From Schmidtea nova (taxonomy: Eukaryota), in NCBI GenBank assembly GCA_044892505.1, contig CM097883.1, positions 330,832,001 to 330,896,000 of the forward strand: a DNA stretch of 64,000 nucleotides, read 5' to 3'. The first letter of the stretch is position 1. Each line of letters opens with the position of its first letter. The notes beneath the pieces were generated by a model that saw only the letters and a program-made list of their open reading frames with translations, made no database searches and was not told the DNA's origin. A program made the position numbers and the translations under genes. Positions 1-12,300 of the stretch are shown piece by piece.

Positions 1-25
1 AAATATAATAATTAAATTAAGCACA
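1..25 (-). repeat. Start of 3' LTR (remainder outside window)
   Basis: aaatataataattaaattaagcaca matches 3576-3600 and begins TG on the minus strand. Confidence 0.8.
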
Positions 26-2836
26 TCTCACAGTGATGTCGTCATCAATATCGCTCGTCAGTTCATAGTCATCCAAGTAACGTGGTGGTTTTCGTACTCT
101 TATACTTCTACGCACTGAATCGTCAACTTCTAACTCTGCGACCTCGGTAGTGTCTTGCATTTGTAATTCGTCCTCTGTGGAATTCTCTTTTTTTCTTAAG
201 TCGGAAACATGACGAGGCATACCGTCAATCTCAAAATTTGTAGATGAATTTACTTTTGTCACTTTTCCTTCATTCCTCCGAGAATTACATCTTGCATCAG
301 GAGGTTTTACAAAAACCGCCTCTCCCACAGAAAACCCGCCTTCTGGATCCGTCAAGACATCTTCCACTTTATCTGGGTGTCTCCATACGTAACTGAACAT
401 TAATCGACTCTTAACGCCACATTGTACCAATAAACCATATCTAATGGTTCTCCGCCAGACCGTGCTGCCATACTCTTAATCGCTCTATGGTTCCACTCTA
501 TTATCCCATTTCCAGCAGGTCGATATGCACATCTGAACATGCGCCTAATCCCCCCCCCTTCTTGCACAGCGAATCCATCGCTCCAGATCTAAAGGATGTA
601 GCGTTATGTACGAGTATTTCTACTGGTGAACCTCTTTCCCTAAATATCTGTTCTAAATTTCGAATTATGACTCCAATTTCCTCGCTAGCTATCTCCCTCC
701 AAATTGCAAACCGACTCAGTCCACAATCAATAATTGTTAAATACCTTTTATCCTTATAGTGAGTCACGTCGATCGCGATCCTCTTCCAATTTACCTCGAC
801 ATCAAGCTTCCCGTGCTTCCATGTAACCGGTGCTGGATCAATAGATCTACATTCTAAACATTTGCTAATGACATCTTGCACGTCTTTCTTAGTAATATTT
901 GGGAATTTTCGCTTAACAAGATGCAACGTTCTTTCAACGCCTAAATGATGAGCATTGTGAGACTTTACTAAGTCATCCATTCTTGTAATTACTACAGATG
1001 TTACAGCCTTTACCCAGTACAACCACGTCTTAGGTACTCTCGTTAGTATGTCCGCTTTGTTCCTCTCTGTAGATATTAACTCTATTGAAAGAGCTAAATT
1101 GAAACTTTCTTGCAACTCCTTGATTATCTGTAATCTCCGCTGAATTAACATCTCTGATATTCCGTGTGTACGTACTCTTTCTTGATTGGACAATATAGAG
1201 GTAATCCAACATTTCACAGTAGCTGAATCTGTTTTTATTAAGATATCTTTCAGGTCCCAAGTTAGACTTACATTTATGCCTTTAATAATGGCATCTAGCT
1301 CGGCTACATTAATATGACATACATCAATCTACTTCCTCAACCAGGACGCATCTTCAACTACATGACCTCCAATTTCCAAACAAACACCCAAGGCCAAACT
1401 ACTTGCGTCACACCATACTACACCGTTAAGTTGTTCTGACACATGCCATTCGCCACGCACCGGGTCGTCTTTGGAAACACGAGCAATAGTGTCAGTTAAC
1501 ATCTTTTGCGCAATATGCCCAATTTTGTCATCCCATTTTTCTCCACTACTGTGACGTTTTATGAAACCGCACGCAACTCGCAACCAATTTGCTATTGGAT
1601 AGTGACCGAGCAATTGACCACAAATTGAAAATAATTGACGTCTCAACACTTCCTGCCCACTCTTCAAGACAGGAAGCTCATTACCTCTTGTCCAAATCCG
1701 ATCCATGTTACGCATTGTTATTTGCAATCCTAAAACTCTTGCATCATCGAACTTCTCTGGATCTTTCACTTCTAACCCATATTTCTGCAAATGATTTATA
1801 ACATCCGAGACGCAAACTAATGACTGGTCTACTATTATGTCGTCTATATAACTATCTGTCGCTTCAGCAATGTCACTTCGTAGACTCAACACCTTTTTCA
1901 AAACACTAGACATAATCTTTGGAGCTACATTCAACCCGAATCCCAGTCTAGTCAAATAGTAAAACTTATAGTCATAGCATATCTTTTGATACTTCCAACA
2001 TTCTTCATCGACATGCAACTGTAAATAAGCATTCTTTAAGTCAAGCATAATAACATCTTTACCCATCTTTCGCCATTGTCTCAATGACTCTCCACACACG
2101 TCATTTTGCCCAGTGTGACTCTTGACGAACTTATTCAATTCTCGGAAATCCATAACAGGTCGAACTTTATTCTTGTTCGGCTGATCCACTGCCATTAATG
2201 GAATCGTACCACCGACACTTGATTCGGCCGGTACAAGCCATCTTTCCTCTATCCAACGCCTAATCACTGCATCAAACAGTGCTTGAATATCGTTTGCCAT
2301 CTTATAACAAGCAATCTTGTTATACAATATCGCTGGTCCAGACTTCCATTTCCCTTTGACGACCCATTTCTTGTCGAATCTAGCTTCGAAATCTTCGTCT
2401 ATAATATTTATGACGCTCGGAGAAGAACTTGCCCCAGTACTCAGCACACATACCTTCTCTTTCGAAAAAAGACTCCCTCTGTACTAATCAGGACACCCCC
2501 TAATCTTCCAATAATATCCATGCCCAGGATCATCTCAATATCGTAGGGTAATTTTTCGAGAGCCAGACAATTTACTCGTAAATCTATACCTCTAATCACC
2601 AAGTTTACCAATATATCACAATAACACGACACAGAGGTTTCATTTGCTATCTTCACCTCGTCTGTTCTTCTCAACTATTTGCTTACCAACGAAGCCAAAA
2701 CAATAGATCTTGAGCATCCGGAATCAATCAAAGCATTTGCTTCTCTCCCATCCACGTTAATTGTGATTATTTGCAACGCCATTACTGGTTCGATGGAGTA
2801 GACACCGGCGTTAGTGTTTCCCCGTTGTCGTTTTTT
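17..2836 (-). pseudogene. pol (protease, RT, RNase H, integrase), disrupted
   Basis: ORFs 2441-2674, 1329-2447, 501-1217 and 17-430 are pieces of one polyprotein. There is an in-frame TAG at 1329-1331 (the frame continues HINVAELDA into integrase), a stop in protease, and frameshifts near 2460 and near 560. Confidence 0.9.
2773..2836 (-). promoter_or_regulatory. Putative -1 ribosomal frameshift signal (A AAA AAC, 6-nt spacer, H-type pseudoknot)
   Basis: The heptamer at 2836-2830 is in the gag frame and the -1 frame runs into protease. Stem 1 is GGGGAAACAC/GUGUCUACUCC; stem 2 is AACGCC/GGCGUU. Confidence 0.7.
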
Positions 2837-3433
2837 GAATTCTTATTTGGACATACTCTAGATATGTGATCGGTGCCGTTACAAGACCAACACCTTGTAC
2901 CAAACTTCTTAAAACAACGTTCAGCTACGTGGCCAATCTTATCGCAATGAGTACAACGTTTTACTTTGTTATATTCATCATTGCCCTTGTTATCTGAACA
3001 ATATCCTCCATTGGCATAGTATCAATCTTTGTAGTAGCCTGCAACAATCTCGACACGTCTTTAGGTAGTCCTACGACAAAAGCGTTCCTAACGGAGATCT
3101 CATTCACTCTTGCAAGTTTTACATGAAATCTTAGATCGGCCAAAAATACATCCACTGATCCTCCAGTCCATCTACAATTTCTCATTTTTTCGTATGATAA
3201 AAACATACTTGGAGAAAAAGCTTTTCCAATGCATCCTCGATTGCTTCAAAACTAGCCTTGTCCCTTTCTGATAAATGTTCTTAGACGGCATATGCATCAC
3301 CTTTCAAAAGAATAGGCATAAAAGCTTCAATAGTTTCTATCTTCAACATTTTTACAATTGATTTGAGTTGAGCAAACCAGCTTGCAACATCGCCGGTTCC
3401 ATCGAATTTTTCCAGATATTTGAAAACTTCCAT
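2782..3433 (-). pseudogene. gag, disrupted
   Basis: ATG at 3433 gives MEVFKYLEKFDGTGDVASWF. Premature TAA at 3283-3281 and frameshifts near 3225 and 2960. Knuckles CTHCDKIGHVAERC and CWSCNGTDHISRVC; stop at 2784-2782. Confidence 0.85.
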
Positions 3434-3450
3434 CGATGGCCGCGATAGCT

Positions 3451-3600
3451 TGTAGTAAAAATAATTAACAAATTTTGGAATATTTATTATATAACATCAA
3501 CTGCTTCTAAAGTTTTTTAATTTATTTCAAATACAATCAATATTAAAACAACTGAAATTAAATTAAACAATAATTAAATATAATAATTAAATTAAGCACA
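3451..3600 (-). repeat. 5' LTR (about 150 bp, TG...CA)
   Basis: The minus strand starts TGTGC at 3600 and ends ACTACA at 3451, just upstream of the gag ATG; its start matches bases 1-25. Confidence 0.7.
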
Positions 3601-4206
3601 ATTTTTAATGACGTTTACTTTCTTCAGATGAGGAAGTGCTGATCTTTGGTGCATGGAAATTTTTTTAAGGGCTGATTTTCTGTATAACCCATATGTTGGT
3701 GTGTTTCAGTTTATTTTTATTCACACAACTAATAGTTCGAGGGATCCGTCTTCTTTCGGATATTTAATCGCAAATTTTATGTCATTGTGTTAGCGAAAGC
3801 GCCCACTTAACTATCTTGTTTAAAAACATGCGGTTCTACAAAAAAGAAAGTGAAAATGGGAAAAAAGGGAAGAAAAGAGATAGTACAGAGAAGATATGGG
3901 CATTTCAAAGAGAAATAATAATATTAAAAAAATAAAATATAAAGGGTTGGAAAATTGAAATGTAAAATACTGACAAGAAAAGAAAAAAAACTTAAAGTTT
4001 TAAAAAAATAAAGTTATTTACTCTGAAAAATATTTAGAAAAACTTTAAATTTTAGAGTTTTTATTTTATATTTTTAAATTTTTAACAAGAAACATTTTAA
4101 AAAACAATTTAAAATTCATATTAGTCAGCTTAACATATAATGAAAAAGAAAATAATTCACGAGAAAGAAACAGCAGACATGAATGAAGATATCAGTTATA
4201 TGCCAG

Positions 4207-4207
<1 letters not shown>

Positions 4208-4239
<32 letters not shown>
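4208..4239. repeat. (AT)n microsatellite
   Basis: Pure AT dinucleotide run. Confidence 0.95.
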
Positions 4240-4240
<1 letters not shown>

Positions 4241-4630
4241 CTTATATAAAGAACGTTGTTCATTTGGAGAATAAATCATTACAGAAAATTTATTTGTTGG
4301 AATCGATAAATTAGGTAATAGTCATTTAATTTTAGCATTAGTATTTATTACTGCTATTCTTTTTGAGGAAATATTTATTGTAGAAAACATTAGTACTAGT
4401 ACCATTTTGTTTTCTAGTATATTAAATTTTTAGAGTGAAACTAATTTAAGAGAAAATATCAACCAATCTCTGAGTTGATATTATCGCGTAAAAACCAGAG
4501 CAACCAACAATCTTCTAACATTTCTCTTAGTCGGGACTGTTGAGTCGATTAGGTCCAGCTTTCGTTTCTTTATTTCTGAGCACGGTTTGAATAATCGATT
4601 TCTATATTAGATAATTCTGGCCAGCAAATG

Positions 4631-5960
4631 TTAAGGTTTATTTATAAGGTTCGCGTCCTGGCGACAAAGAGCTTCAACAGTATCCTTGATAGGTGTTAAA
4701 GCACCAACAATTTCAGAAATCGCTTGGATTTTATTTTGAGAAATATCTATAGATATTTTTAGTTTTACATCTATAAGAGCTTTTTGGACACAGTTTCTTA
4801 ATAAGTAAAAACGTTCTAATATAGCCAATAGACTACTCCATCTAGTCTTGCAATCCTTTACTAACGGAATTTCTTTCCCAAAATCTTCTTGGACATATTT
4901 TTGCAAATCATCAATTTTGGTGGACGAGCGTTTACACAAAGATACTATTCTCCGCACTTTCTTTATTAGTGACCCAAATGAAGCATCGTTTACTTCACAT
5001 GGTGGCAAACAGGTACGATCTACCAATTCTGCTCCGTCATATTCCAAATCCTCACATATTTCAGGTTCAGTCTCGCTTTCTGAAAGGTTATCCACTAGAG
5101 TATCTTCTTCTGATTCGGCTATTTCATCTGACATTTTGTATAACACGTCAATAACTGAAAGCTGAACCGTGTGCCAAACATAGTTGTTGATGCACTGATA
5201 ATAACTTTCCAACTATTGACATAACACCGGCTCCATCTGTCATAATAAAGATAATATCCTTATGCAAATTTAGTCCATGTTCATTTAACTTTTCTGCTAA
5301 CAATTCAATACACTTTTCTGCAGGCATTGTGCCACTAATACAAACAAGACCCAAGCTCCAGAATTTTGATTATTCAAAATGTTCGTTTATATTCATGTAT
5401 CGCCGATTCCGTAACGATGTACACTCATCGAATGACAGAGAAAATTGTTCTCCTGATTTTCATTGGATAGTAATTTCAGCTTTAACCGAATTTCTTATTT
5501 CATTAGCGTAATCTAAAACAATTTTACAAATCATGCTTGGTGATGAAGGCAGTTTTCTAATCCCATGGCAGTTAAGGCTGCACGCAGATCCAAAGAATGG
5601 CATAAAACATTAAATGAAAGTCCATCTAGTGCAGTTAAACGTGACAGAATTGCAGGAAGAGATTTTTGTTTACACTCCAAAGCAGGAAAAAAATTAGTTA
5701 ATTTTGTGACTCTTTTCTTTAGAGGTTCACCTGTTGTACTTGTGACATTTGAGTCGTTCTTATTCTTTAGTTGAATTTTGTGTATCGAAAATAAGTGTGT
5801 GTAGACCTCTTGTCGTTCCACCACAAATTTTTAAAACCTTTTTGTAATCGCTTACCTTACACATTGCAGTCTCACTTTTCTCATCGTGTAGGAAATGTTT
5901 CCATACTGTTGAATTACTTCCTGTGAAATATTCTTTGAAGACAACTATTTTAATAAAGCC
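4631..5960 (-). pseudogene. hAT transposase, fragmented
   Basis: BED finger STVWKHF..AMCK..CGGTTRGLHTHL.SIH (about 5790-5930), IMTDGAGVM, CLAH (CxxH) and KTRWSSL motifs in shifting frames. Confidence 0.85.
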
Positions 5961-6648
5961 CTAAATATAAAATAATATTAATTACAAATACCGTATACAA
6001 CTAACATATTTTTTTCAATATACTTACAGCGTATTGCAATGAAATTTAGAAATACGATTATATGATTAATTTAAAAATAGTAAACAATATATTAATTTAA
6101 AACACTGAAAAAGACACTATAAATATAAAATATTATTTCAAAAAATATTATCGCATTATCTTTTCAATATAATATTTACGAATTACTAAATAATTGCAAA
6201 GAATACTTAAAAACTATTTTATTTTAAATACAATTTTCACTTTGTAAATTCGACTAACTTTAATTTTTTGTTCACATATTCGAAAACATACTAAAAATAT
6301 TAATATTTTCAAAATAATTATTGAAATTTAAAATTTCTACTGTTTAGCAACAAAAATAGTCATGGCTTACTTTTCGACANNNNNNNNNNNNNNNNNNNNN
6401 NNNNNNNNNNNNNNNNNNNNNNNNNNNNNNNNNNNNNNNNNNNNNNNNNNNNNNNNNNNNNNNNNNNNNNNNNNNNNNNNNNNNNNNNNNNNNNNNNNNN
6501 NNNNNNNNNNNNNNNNNNNTCTCATATTATTTAATAAAACTTCGTAAAGTATGTAAATCCCGGATTTCTGTACCATAATCCCGGGATTGCAAAAAACCTC
6601 AATATCCCGGGATTTGGGTATCCCCGCATCTCGGTATTGAAAGCCCTA
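4631..6648 (-). mobile_element. hAT DNA transposon remnant; 5' terminus at 6648, 3' end not found
   Basis: The minus-strand terminus reads TAGGGCTTTCAATACCG, with subterminal ATCCCGG(G)AT repeats at 6556-6613 and transposase fragments downstream. Confidence 0.8.
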
Positions 6649-7152
6649 GTGATATCGTAGAGCAAATAATATTACAATTTCTGACTTAAATCATGTCAAT
6701 ATTCAAGAATTATTCACTGAATACATCATTTTTCATTTTTGAATTTAAAACGTGTAATGTTTAATTCAAATAAAACTCCAATACTACCCAAAAATACTTT
6801 TCCTATTATTTGAATAAATTTCAAATAAATTTCGATAATATCTCCAGAAAATTTAATACATTTTTCGCGAACACTCAAATAATTACTATTTAGAGTCCAT
6901 GTAAATAAATTATAAAATGTTAAGATCATTTAAGTAAATTACGAATATAGTATTTTAAAGTTTATTTTTGTTTATATTCGATCTAATTCCAATAAACAGA
7001 ATAGTTTAACTTTAAATATTTTTTCAAAAAAAAGTATTTTATTAATTTACATTATATTATATAAAAATTTAATCATATAACAGAAATTGTTTTAATAATT
7101 ACAAACAAAGTTTTGTAAAGTTTAAATTTTGAACTTTAACAAATTATTCCTA

Positions 7153-7236
7153 ATGAAATTAGATTCAGTAAATCAATTTAACAACAAAAAATTTCTCCAA
7201 TTATTAACAAGAATAATAAACAATCTTCCGAATAAA
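7153..7236 (+). CDS. COMMD10: COMM domain-containing protein 10, exon 1
   Basis: MKLDSVNQFNNKKFLQLLTRIINNLPNK resembles the COMMD10 N-terminus (RFPRLLTRILQKL). GT donor at 7237, phase 0. Confidence 0.75.
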
Positions 7237-7308
7237 GTTTTTTTATTTTTAAATAATTGATTCCATTTGATATATTAAAATGCATGCATTTATCAATCAA
7301 TCAATCAG

Positions 7309-7689
7309 GGTTTACCGATATTCAATGAGGATGAATTAAATAAATTAGAATCGGTATTTAACGTTCCCGCGAATGAATTGAATGAAATTATCAATAATTT
7401 GAAAATCAGCATTGAGAAAGCAGCATTTATATTACAAAATCCGGAAGAATTCAAAAATGAGCTGATGACAAATGGATTAGATGAAGATAAGAGCAATATA
7501 ATGAGTCAGATTTGGTCGGACAATGGAAAATCATTGGTGGAACAGTACAAGGGTCGCTGTTTAGCAGCGCAGGAGCTGTTAGATGTCAATTGGAAGCTGG
7601 GATTGACATTAGCACACAGTAACAAATCGCATTTGAAGGAGCCAATAGCGGCGGTGGAGTTTACTGTGAGGAATAATGAGAATGATGGA
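7309..7689 (+). CDS. COMMD10: COMMD10 exon 2
   Basis: CAG acceptor at 7306-7308. GLPIFNEDELNKLESVF...DVNWKLGLTLAHSNKSHLKEP is a COMM domain. GTTAGT donor at 7690. Confidence 0.88.
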
Positions 7690-8159
7690 GTTAGTTTAAA
7701 CACTTTTCCATTGATTAATTTTTATTAATTAATTTATTCAAAATTTATTGATTATCGATTGATATATTTAGTATTTAATACTTATATATAAATAATAATG
7801 ATTATTTTATCAAAATTATTATTATTTAAATCAATAATTTTCATATTAGTAATAAGACTAGTTCAAAATTTGTTTTGGTTGTTAGATACATTTTCATATA
7901 TTTCCATTCATTTTCTTAAACTTTGCTATTGATAATTTAATAAAAATTTTAATTATTACTAATTTAATATTAATTTAAATAATTGATAATATAATTCCGA
8001 GCTTCCGAGACTTTACATAAAAAAATATAAGCCGTCCATCACTCAATTCGAACAAAAAAAATCATGTTTAAAAAAATTTAAATAAATAAATTTAATTTAT
8101 TTTCATCCAATAAAATCATTTTAAAATAATAAAATAAATAATTAAGGTTACTATTTAGG

Positions 8160-8560
8160 ATTAAGTAAATATAACGATAGAAATACACACTTGATAAAGG
8201 CTGTGCCGAAATATTGTGTTATTGTTTATAAAAAAAAAATTTTGATCTATAGTCATTATGAGAATTATTGATAATAATAATAAAAAAAGATCAAAGGTGA
8301 AAAAAGATAATTATGATAATAGTAATAATAATAATAAGAATAAGAATAATATTAATAAGAATAATAATAATAATAATAACTATATAATAATATGCATAGT
8401 TAAATATTAATATAAAGAATTTATTAATTAATATGAAATACACACTTGATAAAGGCTGTGCCGAAATATTGTGTTATTGTTTATAAAAAAAAATTTTGAT
8501 CTATAGTCATTATGAGAATTATTGATAATAATAATAAAAAAGATCAAAGGTGAAACAAAA
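8160..8560 (+). repeat. Tandem pair (255-bp period) of a dispersed repeat with a hammerhead-like core
   Basis: tacacacttgataaaggctgtgccgaaatattgtgttattgtttataaaa..ttttgatctatagtcattatgag occurs at about 8184 and 8439. Related copies lie at about 48130-48360, 52625-52760, 61820-62100 and 62760-62920. Confidence 0.85.
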
Positions 8561-8706
8561 ATATAATTATGATAATTTAATAATAATTTTAATTATTGAT
8601 AATTTAATATTAATTTAAATATATTGATAATTTAATATTAATAATCAAAAAAACGTGGCAATGATTTAATTATAGAAAAACGCCAACTCAATAAATTCAA
8701 CATAAA

Positions 8707-8745
8707 CGCGATATATTTCGGTTGTATAACAATCTTCTTCAGGCG
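8707..8745 (-). ncRNA. Penelope-type minimal hammerhead ribozyme motif
   Basis: The minus strand reads cgc CUGAAGA agauuguuauacaacc GAAA UAUAU C gcg, just downstream of the GIY-YIG fragment and on the same strand. Confidence 0.55.
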
Positions 8746-9084
8746 GCAATCAGGACAATCAATAATAAAATAGAAAATATGCTAAATTTAAACAAATTAA
8801 TCAATAAAAATCATCTCCATACCATATCAAAATTTTAATTTAAAAATTTATTTTATTTTATTATATAAAAATATTTTTAAAATTTAATTAAAAACAAACA
8901 TTATACATAGAACAACATACGTATTATTTTAAAAATAAAATTTAATTTAATAAAATTTTAACACAACATAAAATTTACAAATTTACAAATTTTAAAATTT
9001 AAAAAAAAATTAAAATTTTTACAAAACAAACAAACATAATTATACCACAAACATAATCCGCAACATTCAACCTTCACATTAAAC

Positions 9085-9395
9085 TTAAACACATTCAAAA
9101 TATCCGTGGAACGTGCAACTTGATCATTTATTTTTGGATTAAAATATCTAATCAACAACGCCTCACAAGTTACTCGTTCCCAATAATTACTTAAACCCTT
9201 TGAAATAATTTTAAAATCAGAGATACCTATTTTTTTACTGACACATTTCCTAAAATGATCACTAATATTAGTCAATCCTTTTGGTCGGCAATGCTCAAGA
9301 ACTCGGGTGCAGAGATGACGGGCAGTCTCTCCAATGTATGTGGCATTACACCCATTACATGAAAATTGATACACGAGCTCAGAACACAAACAAAT
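9085..9395 (-). pseudogene. Penelope-like element GIY-YIG endonuclease C-terminal fragment
   Basis: SELVYQFSCNGCNATYIGETARHLCTRVLEH...DH...FKII...EALLI...PKIN has the PLE-type GIY-YIG with the CxxC insertion. Confidence 0.85.
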
Positions 9396-9398
9396 GGC

Positions 9399-12300
9399 GT
9401 TATTATTAGAATTATATAAGACTAGATCAAAATAATTTTTGGTTGTTCGATACATTTCATATATTTTCATCCCTTCATTTTCTTAAACTTTTTCTATTGA
9501 TAATTTAAAAATCATTTTAATTATTGATAATTTAATAATTTTAATTAATGAAAATTTAATATTAATTTTAATTATTGATAATTTAATAATAATTTATTAA
9601 TGAAAATTTAATATTAATTTTAATTATTGATAATTTAATAATAATTTAAATATATTTATATTTATAATTTAATATTAATTATAATATTAATTTAACATAG
9701 TAAATATTGTTATAAATAAAATTTATTATTATTAGAATTATATAAGACTAGATCAAAATAATTTTTGGTTGTTCGATACATTTCATATATTTTCATCCAT
9801 TCATTTTCTTAAACTTTTGCTATTGATAATTTAAAAATAATTTTAATTATTGATAATTTAATAATTTTTAATAATGACAATTTAATATTAATTTTAATTA
9901 TTGATAATTTAATAATTTTAAATATTGATAATTTTATATTAATTTAAATATATTAATAATTTATCATAGTAAATATAGTTATAAATAAAATATATTATTA
10001 TTAGAATTATATAAGACTAGATCAAAATAATTTTTGGTTGTTCGATACATTTCATATATTATCATCCATTCATTTTCTTAAACTTTTTCTATTGATAATT
10101 TAAAAATCATTTTAATTATTGATAATTTAATAATTTTAATTAATGAAAATTTAATATTAATTTTAATTATTGATAATTTAATAATAATTTATTAATGAAA
10201 ATTTAATATTAATTTTAATTATTGATAATTTAATAATAATTTAAATATATTTATATTTATAATTTAATATTAATTATAATATTAATTATAATATTAATTT
10301 AACATAGTAAATATTGTTATAAATAAAATTTATTATTATTAGAATTATATAAGACTAGATCAAAATAATTTTTGGTTGTTCGATACATTTCATATATTTT
10401 CATCCATTCATTTTCTTAAACTTTTGCTATTGATAATTTAAAAATAATTTTAATTATTGATAATTTAATAATTTTTAATAATGACAATTTAATATTAATT
10501 TTAATTATTGATAATTTAATAATTTTAAATATTGATAATTTTATATTAATTTAAATATATTAATAATTTATCATAGTAAATATAGTTATAAATAAAATAT
10601 ATTATTATTAGAATTATATAAGACTAGATCAAAATAATTTTTGGTTGTTCGATACATTTCATATATTATCATCCATTCATTTTCTTAAACTTTTTCTATT
10701 GATAATTTAAAAATCATTTTAATTATTGATAATTTAATAATTTTAATTAATGAAAATTTAATATTAATTTTAATTATTGATAATTTAATAATTTTAATTA
10801 ATGAAATTTTAATATTAATTTTAATTATTGATAATTTAATAATAATTTAAATATATTTATATTTATAATTTAATATTAATTATAATATTAATTATAATAT
10901 TAATTTAACATAGTAAATATTGTTATAAATAAAATTTATTATTATTAGAATTATATAAGACTAGATCAAAATAATTTTTGGTTGTTCGATACATTTCATA
11001 TATTTTCATCCATTCATTTTCTTACACTTTTGCTATTGATAATTTAATATTAATTTTAATTATTGATAATTTAATAATTTTAAATATTGATAATTTTATA
11101 TTAATTTAAATATATTAATAATTTATCATAGTAAATATAGTTATAAATAAAATATATTATTATTAGAATTATATAAGACTAGATCAAAATAATTTTTGGT
11201 TGTTCGATACATTTCATATATTATCATCCATTCATTTTCTTAAACTTTTTCTATTGATAATTTAAAAATCATTTTAATTATTGATAATTTAATAATTTTA
11301 ATTAATGAAAATTTAATATTAATTTTAATTATTGATAATTTAATAATTTTAATTAATGAAATTTTAATATTAATTTTAATTATTGATAATTTAATAATAA
11401 TTTAAATATATTTATATTTATAATTTAATATTAATTATAATATTAATTATAATATTAATTTAACATAGTAAATATTGTTATAAATAAAATTTATTATTAT
11501 TAGAATTATATAAGACTAGATCAAAATAATTTTTGGTTGTTCGATACATTTCATATATTTTCATCCATTCATTTTCTTAAACTTTTGCTATTGATAATTT
11601 AAAAATCATTTTAATTATTGATAATTTAATAATTTTAATTAATGAAAATTTAATATTAATTTTAATTATTGATAATTTTATAATTTTAAATATTGATAAT
11701 TTTATATTAATTTAAATATATTAATAATTTATCATAGTAAATATAGTTATAAATAAAATATATTATTATTAGAATTATATAAGACTAGATCAAAATAATT
11801 TTTGGTTGTTCGATACATTTCATATATTATCATCCATTCATTTTCTTAAACTTTTTCTATTGATAATTTAAAAATCATTTTAATTATTGATAATTTAATA
11901 ATTTTAATTAATGAAAATTTAATATTAATTTTAATTATTGATAATTTAATAATAATTTATTAATGAAAATTTAATATTAATTTTAATTATTGATAATTTA
12001 ATAATAATTTAAATATATTTATATTTATAATTTAATATTAATTATAATATTAATTATAATATTAATTTAACATAGTAAATATTGTTATAAATAAAATTTA
12101 TTATTATTAGAATTATATAAGACTAGATCAAAATAATTTTTGGTTGTTCGATACATTTCATATATTTTCATCCATTCATTTTCTTAAACTTTTGCTATTG
12201 ATAATTTAAAAATAATTTTAATTATTGATAATTTAATAATTTTTAATAATGACAATTTAATATTAATTTTAATTATTGATAATTTAATAATTTTAAATAT

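Larger units (their letters stand above)
1..3600 (-). mobile_element. Decayed Ty3/Gypsy-like LTR retrotransposon (gag-PR-RT-RNaseH-IN); 3' LTR truncated by the window start
   Basis: The minus strand gives gag with two CCHC knuckles, protease LIDSG, RT YIDD, RNase H WCDASS and integrase HHCC plus DVTH, in gypsy domain order. Bases 1-25 are identical to 3576-3600, marking the LTR pair. Confidence 0.92.

Noticed and set aside
3601-4630. Second hAT TIR and a possible gypsy RNase H-like scrap near 3700-3830
   Set aside because: No TAGGGCTTTCAAT match was found, and the peptide similarity is too weak to call.
487-5774. Plus-strand ORFs (487-759, 1589-1801, 2283-2546, 4848-5165, 5565-5774 and others)
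   Set aside because: Antisense shadows of retrotransposon and hAT coding sequence.
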